Part shown: in pieces, positions 1 through 13,911 of the stretch
Position numbering within the stretch: position 1 is the first letter of the stretch
How the letters are laid out: each line of letters opens with the position of its first letter
Assembly (NCBI GenBank): GCA_014382665.1
Contig: JACNJH010000129.1
Location: forward strand, 305 to 64,304
Reading direction: 5' to 3'
Length of the DNA: 64,000 nt
Source of the DNA: Candidatus Desulfatibia profunda
GTDB taxonomy: Bacteria; Desulfobacterota; Desulfobacteria; Desulfobacterales; UBA11574
Translations under genes and position numbers: made by a program
Notes under the pieces: generated by a model
Seen by the model: only the letters and a program-made list of their open reading frames with translations
Told to the model about the DNA's origin: nothing
The model's database searches: none

Positions 1-822
1 GCTTATCGGCAAATTAAGCGGATCAAAAGAGTCCTTGCAGCTTTGCATGCTTACCTGCAAAGGCATAAAATCAATCTTTCATCATTAAAAATCGAGCAGA
101 TAGATACTTTTCTGGCAGAGTTTTTTGCACCCTTTGCACCGGCAACATGCAAAGCGTACCGCTCCATGATTCGGGGATTTTTAAGATATCTGTATCAAGA
201 GCGCAGGATTATAAAAAGAGATCTTGCCCCACTGGTGGTTGGCGCTCCCATGTTCGCCCAGGCAAAACCTCCCACTTTCCTACGCCCCCACGAAGTACAA
301 AAGTTGTTTGCCGGCATAGATCTCTCTACCCCCGTCAATATCCGAACCTATGCCACGCTTCATTTGGCCTATACCCTGGGACTTCGTCCGGATGAGATAT
401 GCTCAATCACTCTGGATGATATATCGTTTAGCAGGGGGGACTTGAGCATCGAGAACCGAAAAACCAAAAATCCTATCATACTACCTATGCCCGAAGTAGT
501 TATCAAGACTATCGCAGCTTACCTTGTCGGTGTCAGGCCGGAAAGTGAGCACCGAACGCTTTTTTTAAGTCTTCATCCTCCCTTTGGCCCCATCTCTCCA
601 ACGGTTGCCAATCATCATATCAAGACGCTGATGCATAAAGTCAACTTGCCTGCAACGGCCTATTGGCTGCGGCACACTTATGCTCAAAATCTTTTGGAGG
701 CCGGTGCTTCCATCTATGAAATCAAAGAAATGCTGGGCCATGACAGTATCGAGTCTACCCGAAAATATCTTCACATTCACATTAAACTCATGCGAAAGGT
801 ACTCTTTGATGAAGATCTTTGA
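1..822 (+). CDS. tyrosine recombinase/integrase, 5' end outside window
   Basis: Frame 1 is open from nt 1. The C-terminal catalytic signature is intact: LGLRPDE ... LRHTYAQNLLEAG ... MLGHDSIESTRKYLH (R, HxxR, H, Y). Confidence 0.85.
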   Translation, partial: AYRQIKRIKRVLAALHAYLQRHKINLSSLKIEQIDTFLAEFFAPFAPATCKAYRSMIRGFLRYLYQERRIIKRDLAPLVVGAPMFAQAKPPTFLRPHEVQKLFAGIDLSTPVNIRTYATLHLAYTLGLRPDEICSITLDDISFSRGDLSIENRKTKNPIILPMPEVVIKTIAAYLVGVRPESEHRTLFLSLHPPFGPISPTVANHHIKTLMHKVNLPATAYWLRHTYAQNLLEAGASIYEIKEMLGHDSIESTRKYLHIHIKLMRKVLFDEDL

Positions 823-1672
823 AAGCTTTTTGGCGCCACTGTTTGACGAATATCTTATCTATCGCAGAAATTTGGGCTATACGACCGAAATAACGCTGTC
901 TCATTTAAAAGAGTTTGATCGATATGTAAAAGAGAAAAAGATCGAAAAAGGCTTACTTAAGCCCTCATTTTTTCTTGAACTAAGGGCTGCTCTGAAACTG
1001 GAATCACGATCGGTTAACAGAGTGCTTTCTTCGGTACGCGTTTTCTTCCAACATTTGGTGCGTAAAGGCATCTATGAACAAAACCCTTTGCAGGATATTC
1101 CTCTTCTGCCGGAAAACGATATTGTTCCTTTTGTATTTACACCCGAACAAATTGATCAATTGCTTATCGCAGTTTGTAAAAGAATCCGTAAGGCCCAATG
1201 GTGTTACTTAAAAGATCTGTCCCAATACATGGCCATGGTGCTGATCGCTCGATGCGGGCTGCGGATCTCGGAGCCGCTGCGGCTGATGCGCAACCATTAC
1301 CGGCAAGAGGAAAAGACGCTTTATATTGAAAAAACCAAATTTAAAAAGGATCGTCTGATCCCCGTTCCGATGGCTGTGGCCACAGAGATCGAAAACTATC
1401 TGGCGGTGCGAGATACCCTGCTGAAAAACTATCATGTCCCATACCTTCTAATCGGTAATCTTCGAGGAAAATTACAACAAAACTCGGTTAGCTATACTTT
1501 TCGCCAGGCTGTGAAAGCTATCGGCCTTGACCAGCCAAGACAGGTTATCGGCAATAAAAACTTCAGCTCGCCCACGGTGCACAGTCTAAGGTATTATGCC
1601 GCGTTCCGGATTATGCCGAGTTGCTTACCAGTTTTCGATAGAGATTCTGACCCTTCTTGGTTAACGCCATAA
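809..1672 (+). pseudogene. second tandem tyrosine recombinase, C-terminal catalytic region lost
   Basis: ATG at 809 overlaps the end of the upstream integrase (stop 820-822). The N-terminal SAM-like domain, CGLRISE and HSLR boxes are present. After HSLR (~nt 1590) the translation is no longer integrase-like, with no LGH...Y. Confidence 0.65.
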
Positions 1673-1700
1673 ACCGATGCTTGATTACTCGGCATAATCC
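1608..1700. repeat. 14-bp perfect inverted repeat at the integrase truncation point
   Basis: Arms are GGATTATGCCGAGT (1608-1621) and ACTCGGCATAATCC (1687-1700), read directly from the sequence with a 65-nt spacer. They lie just after the point where integrase similarity ends. Confidence 0.8.
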
Positions 1701-1899
1701 TGCTGTCTCTTCCTTATTAATTTTTTATGACTATTTCGGGCGAAGTTACTGATACCTGGTACCAATCTGAGAGGTAGATGTCGGGGAGGCGAGCGAGCCT
1801 TTTAGGTGAGCTCGCTCGTCTGCCTTGGATCGTGCCCCCAGTTTTTTAGATGAATGGTTGTGATACTGGTTCGAAATGTTGATTATGTTCAAATTTGGA

Positions 1900-2045
1900 T
1901 TAAGTTATAATTGAAACTTCGATACCAAAGTTTCTTGCGGAATTTGAAAGCTGTATGTCAGCGGTTAACAAGGAAAAATTATTTGCAGCGACGATAGCAA
2001 GATGAAGCGCATCCAAGGTTCTGAGGGGGGTGGATAAAAGCAAGA
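1900..2045 (-). pseudogene. PIN-domain (VapC-like) toxin remnant, C-terminal part only
   Basis: The translation ...LRTLDALHLAIVAANNFSLLTADIQLSNSARNFGIEV matches the C-terminal PIN pattern (DAlHLA ... lvT.D..l...A...Gi.V). The N-terminal half is missing. Confidence 0.5.
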
Positions 2046-2119
2046 CCGTTTGAATAAAAGTCCTTTTCATACTGTAAAAAAATCTTCGTGTTTCTTCGTG
2101 TACTTCGTGGTGACAACAG

Positions 2120-2473
2120 TCAATTTGAGATGCTGGCATCAAACATTTTGCGGTCTTTAAACTCTGCTATTTTGGCATCGTTCCACTGGTTCACCGGACG
2201 CAAATAACCGACGACACGACTATAAACTTCGCAGTCCTGATAATTTCTCAATACAGGATCCTTTCCATAGCAGCCGTCACATTTCATCATAAACTTATGT
2301 TCCTCAGGTTCGTATACGCTGCCCCCCTTTATATGGATTCCATCCGTTTTGGGAGTTGCCGTCACATTGACGTTGCCTTGGCAGTCATGGCAAGTTCCCT
2401 GCCACATCAAACCATCTTTTTCCTGATTCTCATCCAGTAGCTTGTGCAATCTTGACACGGTCATTGTCGCCAT
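2120..2473 (-). CDS. stand-alone anaerobic RNR (NrdD) C-terminal glycyl-radical/zinc-ribbon domain protein, ~117 aa
   Basis: CHDC...CDGC cysteine pairs are followed by EVYSRVVGYLRPVNQWNDAKIAEFKDRKMF. Compare the E. coli NrdD C-terminus, ...TRRVCGYLGSPDARPFNAGKQEEVKRRV. ATG 2473 is preceded by AAGGAAAGGAGAAG. Confidence 0.7.
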   Translation of the reverse strand: MATMTVSRLHKLLDENQEKDGLMWQGTCHDCQGNVNVTATPKTDGIHIKGGSVYEPEEHKFMMKCDGCYGKDPVLRNYQDCEVYSRVVGYLRPVNQWNDAKIAEFKDRKMFDASISN

Positions 2474-2507
2474 ATCACTTCTCCTTTCCTTGTTGCGAGC
2501 ATCACCA

Positions 2508-2597
2508 TAGCCCGGACATTTCATGAAAATTTTTAAGAAAACTTTATTTTTAATTAAAAAAATGAATGTCTAAACTCGTGAAAAATCCGGGATAGCT
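2508..2597. repeat. ~90-nt dispersed repeat, copy 1 (CCCGGACATTTCATGAAAA...CGTGAAAAATCCGGG)
   Basis: Near-identical to 3949-4037 in the same orientation. Imperfect terminal inverted repeats flank an A/T-rich core. It lies 35 nt upstream of the minus-strand NrdD-like gene. Confidence 0.85.
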
Positions 2598-2768
2598 CCA
2601 TATGCTGTTAAAATCGGTTGCTATGTTTTACAATAAGCAGGAATATATGGTATGTCAATGCCAAATATACCACAACATATAGATAATTTTCCTGTTTAAA
2701 TCCAACAGCGAACCGGCGCCGGCGAATTGTCCGATGGTTGCAGTCTTTATGGGACCAGGGCTCTGCGA

Positions 2769-3938
2769 TCATTTCTGGGTTGAAATTACGTGCCCTTCCT
2801 CCCGCTCCCGGTAATCAGACATTTCGCGCACTTTATCCTGACTTTTATGAATATAATTTTCCGTCACGTGAAAGGCCTCATTATCGGTAAACTGGCGCGG
2901 CGGGTGTTTGCAGAAATACGCAGACGGTCCCGCCAGCACGCCGCCTTCACCCCGGTCGAGTGCCAGCTTGGCACATCGGATCGAATCTATGGCAACCCCG
3001 GCCGAGTTGGGGGAATCCTCAACGGAAAGGCGCAATTCCAAATTCATGGGAACGTCTCCGAACAGTTTGCCTTCCATGCGAATAAAGCAAACCTTATTGT
3101 CCTTCTGCCAGGGCACGTAGTCACTGGGACCGATATGGATATTTTCACTGTCCAGCCGCCGGGCGGCTACAGACTGGACCGCTTCGGTCTTGGACTTTTT
3201 CTTTGAAGCCAGACGGTGTCGGTTGAGCATATTCAGAAAATCGGTATTGCCGCCGGTATTCAACTGATAGGTCCGCTCCAGCTTTACGCCGCGTTTCTTG
3301 AACAGATCGGTCAAGGTCCGGTGGATGATAGTAGCCCCCATTTGAGACTTGATATCATCACCGATAAGGGGGATATTCTTTTCCTTGAAGCGTTTGGCCC
3401 ACTGCGGGCTGCTGGCGATAAACACCGGAATGTTATTGATGAAAGCAACACCTGCCTCCAGGGCACATTCGGCATAAAACCGGGTGGCTTCTTCGGAGCC
3501 TACCGGCAAATAATTTAGAAAAATTTGTGTATCGCTTTCCTTTAAGATGTTGATTACTTCTTCTTGGTCAGGTTCCGGCTCGTTCGCCGGCAGGAACGTA
3601 TATTTATCTTCATATGCTTTCATATGGTCGGAAAAGCCGTCCAAGATTCTGCCCATACGGACGCTAATCCCTGATTTCGGAAGATCAGGGCAAAAAACCG
3701 TTGCACAGTTGGATCCTGAAAAAATGGCTTCATTGACATCCCGGCCGACCTTGCGCCGGTCAATATCAAAGGCCGCAACGACCTGGATATCTGCCGGCGT
3801 ATACCCTCCGATCTCCCAGTGCATCAGGCCAATTGCATCCCGGGAATCTTTGTCTTTATAGTAATGGATACCTTGAACCAGCGAACTTGCGCAATTTCCC
3901 ACGCCGGCAATCGCAATATTTATTTTACGCATAACCAT
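2769..3938 (-). CDS. ino1: myo-inositol-1-phosphate synthase (inositol-3-phosphate synthase)
   Basis: 389 aa. The N-terminus INIAIAGVGNCASSLVQGIHYY and the overall pattern are typical of bacterial/archaeal MIPS. RBS AAAGGAGG precedes ATG 3938. Confidence 0.8.
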   Translation of the reverse strand: MVMRKINIAIAGVGNCASSLVQGIHYYKDKDSRDAIGLMHWEIGGYTPADIQVVAAFDIDRRKVGRDVNEAIFSGSNCATVFCPDLPKSGISVRMGRILDGFSDHMKAYEDKYTFLPANEPEPDQEEVINILKESDTQIFLNYLPVGSEEATRFYAECALEAGVAFINNIPVFIASSPQWAKRFKEKNIPLIGDDIKSQMGATIIHRTLTDLFKKRGVKLERTYQLNTGGNTDFLNMLNRHRLASKKKSKTEAVQSVAARRLDSENIHIGPSDYVPWQKDNKVCFIRMEGKLFGDVPMNLELRLSVEDSPNSAGVAIDSIRCAKLALDRGEGGVLAGPSAYFCKHPPRQFTDNEAFHVTENYIHKSQDKVREMSDYREREEGHVISTQK

Positions 3939-3948
3939 TAGCCTCCTT

Positions 3949-4037
3949 TAGCCCGGACATTTCATGAAAATTTTTGAGAAGACTCTATTTATTTAAAAAA
4001 ATGAACGTCTCAAGCTCGTGAAAAATCTGGGTTAGCT
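3949..4037. repeat. ~90-nt dispersed repeat, copy 2
   Basis: Aligns with 2508-2597 at roughly 90 percent identity by eye. It ends 11 nt upstream of the ino1 start. Confidence 0.85.
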
Positions 4038-4194
4038 GTTAAATCATATGCTACCCTCCGGGCCAAAAAAATTAAAGAAAAAAATGAATGGGTAAGCTTT
4101 AAACAGAGGAAAGCGCTTGAGATATGATGAATTGTTGGATAAAGATGCAAAAAACCGCTAGCGGATTAGGGTGGCAAAAGATAGGAGAACGGCG

Positions 4195-5517
4195 ATGCCC
4201 GGCATCAAAACGTTGACAACGCTTATGCGACAACTGGAAGATCAGCTTGCGGCCTGCATGCGCTGCGGGATGTGCCAGGCGGTCTGCCCGCTGTTTGCGG
4301 AAACCGGCCGCGAGGCCGATGTGGCCCGGGGGAAACTGGCCCTGCTGGAAGGGCTGATGCGGGAAATGTTTAAAAACCCAAAAGGGGTATATGAACGTCT
4401 GAACAAGTGCCTCTTGTGCGGGTCCTGCGCGGCCAATTGCCCCAGCGGCGTGAATGCTCTGGAAATTTTCATCAAAGCCCGTGCGATCCTGACCGGCTGC
4501 ATGGGGCTCTCACCGGCCAAAAAACTCATTTTGAGGGGAATGCTGTCGCGCCCTGAAATTTTCGACCGGATGGTCGAGTGGGGCTCAAAATTCCAGAAAA
4601 TTCTCACACGGCCGGCCAGTGAACTTCTCGGTACCTCCTGCGCCCGCTTTGTTTCACCATTACTGAAAGACCGGCATTTTGTGCCCCTGGCGCCGGTGCC
4701 GTTTCATCGTATGATGCCGGCGCTGGATTCAAACCCGGGCCGTTCCGGCATCAAAGCCGCCTTTTTCGTCGGATGTCTCATCGATAAAATGTTTCCCCGC
4801 GTGGCCGCAAGCGTTATCGATGTTTTCAATTATCACGGTGTCGGAATTTACATGCCCGAAGGTCAGGGCTGTTGCGGAATTCCGGCGATTTCCTCCGGAG
4901 ATATGCTGACCTTTAACCGTCTGGTTCGCCATCATCTGAAATTGTTCGATCCTGACAAATTTGACTATCTGATAACAGCGTGCGCCACCTGTACGGCAAC
5001 GATTCGGAAACTGTGGCCGCTGATGGTTCAGGATGAACTCGGCAATATCAAGGCACGTGTCGAAAAAATTGCGGCAAAGACCCTGGATGTCTGTCAGTTC
5101 CTGGTAACAAGCATCGGCCTGCACACGGGTGAATTTGAGGAGCGGGCGGAGGCCGTCGATGTCACCTATCATGATCCCTGTCATCTGAAAAAATCGTTGG
5201 GCGTGTTTAACGAACCCAGGGCGCTCATCCGCGCCAACCCGGGATACCGCTTCAAGGAAATGCCGGAGTCGGACTGGTGCTGTGGCCTGGGAGGCAGCTT
5301 TAGTTTGCAACATTATGACATTTCGGCCAGCATCGGAAGACGCAAATGCGACCATATCAGGGCAACCGGATGTTCGGTCGTAGCAACCGGCTGCCCGGCC
5401 TGCATGCTGCAGATTTCAGATATGCTTTCAAAGTCAGGCGAAAAAATTGCGATCAAACATCCGGTGGAAATCTATGCGGCCTCATTGCGCAATTCCTCTA
5501 ACCCGGATATTTCATAA
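4195..5517 (+). CDS. Fe-S oxidoreductase, GlcF/HdrD-like (2x[4Fe-4S] ferredoxin motifs plus two CCG domains)
   Basis: Motifs CMRCGMCQAVCP and CLLCGSCAANCP, followed by two cysteine-rich CCG-type regions (GCCGIP, WCCGLGG). ATG 4195 has an AGGAGA RBS; the ORF track starts earlier, at GTG 4171. Confidence 0.8.
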   Translation: MPGIKTLTTLMRQLEDQLAACMRCGMCQAVCPLFAETGREADVARGKLALLEGLMREMFKNPKGVYERLNKCLLCGSCAANCPSGVNALEIFIKARAILTGCMGLSPAKKLILRGMLSRPEIFDRMVEWGSKFQKILTRPASELLGTSCARFVSPLLKDRHFVPLAPVPFHRMMPALDSNPGRSGIKAAFFVGCLIDKMFPRVAASVIDVFNYHGVGIYMPEGQGCCGIPAISSGDMLTFNRLVRHHLKLFDPDKFDYLITACATCTATIRKLWPLMVQDELGNIKARVEKIAAKTLDVCQFLVTSIGLHTGEFEERAEAVDVTYHDPCHLKKSLGVFNEPRALIRANPGYRFKEMPESDWCCGLGGSFSLQHYDISASIGRRKCDHIRATGCSVVATGCPACMLQISDMLSKSGEKIAIKHPVEIYAASLRNSSNPDIS

Positions 5518-5539
5518 AAATTTTCATGAAATGTCCGGG
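5502..5539. repeat. hairpin-only copy of the CCCGGA repeat family, overlapping the stop of the upstream CDS
   Basis: CCCGGATATTTCATAAAAATTTTCATGAAATGTCCGGG is a near-perfect palindrome. The last codons of the CDS (NPDIS*) are encoded by the left arm. Confidence 0.8.
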
Positions 5540-5625
5540 CTAATGAAGGCAAAAGACACCAGAACAGGAACATGCCTGGCCGGTATCGGTAAATCAATAG
5601 GCTTTGAAGTTTCTAAAGGCGAGAA

Positions 5626-6396
5626 TTATGGCATATGTATTAAATCTTTTATTTGCTTCTCCTTTTCCATGATATCCCTCCTATCAGGGACTCCATGTTC
5701 TTTTCTTTTAACAGATGGTTTATACATTATAAAGAGGTAGTTAAAACCGCGCAAAAAGTAATTGTGCTCGACAGAAGCTTTATGCCAGTCGGTTCGATAC
5801 ATGCTCACGTTATGCCGCGTAACTGCAATAATATCAATTGGCGTAAAGAGTTCATTAAGGATCGAAAACAGTCTGAAACCTATGGGTATAAAGGGCTTGT
5901 TCTTTTTATAGGAATCGGAAACATAAAGGGCCATGTATCTATCATGGTGCAGTATGCGGTAAATCTCTTTAATTACCGAATGCATTGCTTGATAGTACGC
6001 TTTGCTTTGAGCGTTTAGTTCACCGATGCATTCCTTTAAACCCGAGTACTTTATGTGATCTGAGTACGGCGGATCTATAAATACGAAATCCGCTTTTTCA
6101 TCCTCGAGCGGGAGCTTTCTGGCGTCTGCACGAAAGATATCTTTGCGGACAGGGTTGATATCGTAACCAAGAGCCCTGCGCTTTAAATCGCGGGCAACGT
6201 CGATTGTAGTTCCGCTGCCGCACATGGGGTCCACAATCAGGTCTTTGGGTTTCGTATAACGTGATAAAAGATTCCAGATGATATAGGCAGGGGTAGCGCC
6301 TTCATAAGGCTTTTTCGGTTCCATGGATCTTTTATAATGCCCAGATGGGTAATCCCATAATGTTGTTGTCTGAAGACGTAAAGGTGGTTTTGGCAT
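5626..6396 (-). CDS. DNA methyltransferase (N6-A/N4-C type), apparently orphan
   Basis: SAM motif I, VDPMCGSGTT, comes before catalytic motif IV, FIDPPYSD. N-terminal WDYPS box is present. No adjacent restriction endonuclease ORF was seen. Confidence 0.8.
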   Translation of the reverse strand: MPKPPLRLQTTTLWDYPSGHYKRSMEPKKPYEGATPAYIIWNLLSRYTKPKDLIVDPMCGSGTTIDVARDLKRRALGYDINPVRKDIFRADARKLPLEDEKADFVFIDPPYSDHIKYSGLKECIGELNAQSKAYYQAMHSVIKEIYRILHHDRYMALYVSDSYKKNKPFIPIGFRLFSILNELFTPIDIIAVTRHNVSMYRTDWHKASVEHNYFLRGFNYLFIMYKPSVKRKEHGVPDRRDIMEKEKQIKDLIHMP

Positions 6397-6432
6397 AGTT
6401 GTTAACCTTCTGGATTTGAAATAAAAGTTGAG

Positions 6433-6540
6433 TTGATAAGAGTACCAGAATTCGCTTTTTGAAGCGGGTGTATCGGAAATTTCTGATTGTGTTAAGCACT
6501 AAGGCAAACCGCAACATATGGAAGCCTGTCTGTTGCAGTG
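6433..6540 (+). repeat. 108-nt conserved element, copy A (inverted partner at 59882-59989)
   Basis: TTGATAAGAGTACCAGAATTC...CAACATATGGAAGCCT...GTTGCAGTG aligns with the reverse complement of 59882-59989, including long identical blocks. It ends 37 nt upstream of the methyltransferase start. Confidence 0.85.
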
Positions 6541-6747
6541 GCCATTTAAATTCAAATACCAAAGGCAGCCCGAGATGTCAAATGCCTCATTCCAAGAAAC
6601 AAAATTACGGCTATTTGGGGTACAGTTCAAGCTTTAATCTTGACACATCGACGTCTGCAGACAAGCTCAGACCGCTCGCCCAAAAGAACCTGGATGACCT
6701 TAGCAGCGATTATCTTTCGATGAACGATTCGTTTTGCTCTTCTTTGG

Positions 6748-7080
6748 ATGTGGTTAAATTTCTCTGGGCAGGATGAATTCGATCGAGCCTTCAATTTGAT
6801 GGAAAAGGGTGATTGGAAAGGAGCCATCAAGGGATTTGAACGCGCTATACACTGGCACCCGGCTTTGCCTCAGCCATACAGTAATATGGGTCTCTGCTAT
6901 GCTAAGCTGGGGAAAAGACAGGCTGCTCTCGCGGCTTTTAAAAAAGCGCTTGAAATCGACCCGAAATATGAACCGGCCATCATCAACAAAGATGCAACGG
7001 AGCAGCTAAACGATGGCCAATGCCTGTCGGGCGATGTGAAAACCACACGCTATTATGGACAAAACCAAAGACGTCGTTAA
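6748..7080 (+). CDS. small TPR-repeat protein, possibly a remnant of a longer frameshifted gene
   Basis: AIKGFERAIHWHPALPQPYSNMGLCYAKLGKRQAALAAFKKALEIDPKYEPA reads as two TPR units. The upstream region has a protein-like reading in another frame. Confidence 0.45.
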   Translation: MWLNFSGQDEFDRAFNLMEKGDWKGAIKGFERAIHWHPALPQPYSNMGLCYAKLGKRQAALAAFKKALEIDPKYEPAIINKDATEQLNDGQCLSGDVKTTRYYGQNQRRR

Positions 7081-7458
7081 GGCCTCTATCGTCAGTGAAT
7101 GAGGGTAATAATGGAATCACACAAGATTTGGATTTTCTCGGACTCAAACTGAACCTGCAGATGAAGGTCTCTTCAGTAATGATACGCATCACTTATCAAA
7201 GGAATTAAAGAATGTTACGGCCCCTGACTTATATTGCAGTTATCTGCAACGCGCGCAGTTGAGCAACAGGCCGCTTAATTCCACAGAAACTCAACGATGC
7301 TTAGGAAAAACAAAAAAATCTGGGATGCTGAAGCCGCAAGAAAATAGCAGTGTATTCTACTTGCTTGTCATGTTAAAATTTTGAATTAACACATGAAAAT
7401 ATATTTATTCACAATTCAAGCTTTGACCCCATTTTTCTGTTTTTACCGGTTCAAGGTT

Positions 7459-13385
<5,927 letters not shown>

Positions 13386-13691
13386 GGTTTCCAGGGATGT
13401 TCTCTACCAAAAAAATCAGTTTCTTTGTAAATCTAGGCACAACCAGATCAAAAAGTAACCTTTCCGATAGAACCTATTGCATATCCAAACAAAAATATCA
13501 ATAATCCAATAAGTTAATATTTCGGGCGATGATGCTGTTCAAAAAATAATGAAAACCGGATGCTTCGCTTAAGGTTTTGTCCTGGTCACCCGGGCTGTGT
13601 AACTTCATCCAATTGTGTTTAACCTTTGGACTTACGGGACGCCCCTTAAATTATAAGTTTCTATTTGGGCTGATAATATGAATATGGTTCT

Positions 13692-13891
13692 GGCATACCA
13701 CGCAAAGCCCGTATCGATGCTCCTGGCGCTCTTCATCATATCATTATAAGAGGAGAGGCATCGAGCGGAGAAAAATATTTGAAGATGACACTGACAGGGT
13801 TAATTTCCTGGATCGCCTAGGAAAGGTGCTTTCAGAAACCGGCACAAAATGTTTTGCATGGGCCCTGATCCCCAATCACTATTTATGTTGA
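13692..13891 (+). pseudogene. Y1 (IS200/RayT-like) transposase N-terminal fragment, frameshifted and truncated
   Basis: Reads PRKARIDAPGALHHIII, then a frameshift, then GIERRKIFEDDTDRVNFLDRLGKVLSETGTKCFAWALIPNHYLC*. There is no start codon and it ends inside the HUH motif region. Confidence 0.6.
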
Positions 13892-13911
13892 GCTCAACAT
13901 AAATAGTGATT
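13874..13911. repeat. 38-bp perfect palindrome at the junction of the two Y1 transposase fragments
   Basis: AATCACTATTTATGTTGAG|CTCAACATAAATAGTGATT, centred on GAGCTC. Each arm encodes NHYLC* for one of the two convergent fragments. Confidence 0.95.

Noticed and set aside
680-808. Upstream extension of the second integrase (ORF track start at 680)
   Set aside because: The extension overlaps integrase 1 in another frame. The conserved integrase N-terminus begins at ATG 809.
5626-6396. The small methyltransferase as the PglX-equivalent partner of the ATPase-PglZ module
   Set aside because: At 256 aa it is far smaller than PglX. It is separated from the module by ~1 kb containing an opposite-strand TPR fragment and a repeat element, and there is no sign of co-transcription. 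A link is possible but unsupported.
6433-6460. A sigma54 promoter inside the 108-nt element (CTGGTACTCTTATCAA on the gene-proximal strand)
   Set aside because: The -24 GG is present, but the -12 position reads TC/CA instead of the near-invariant GC.
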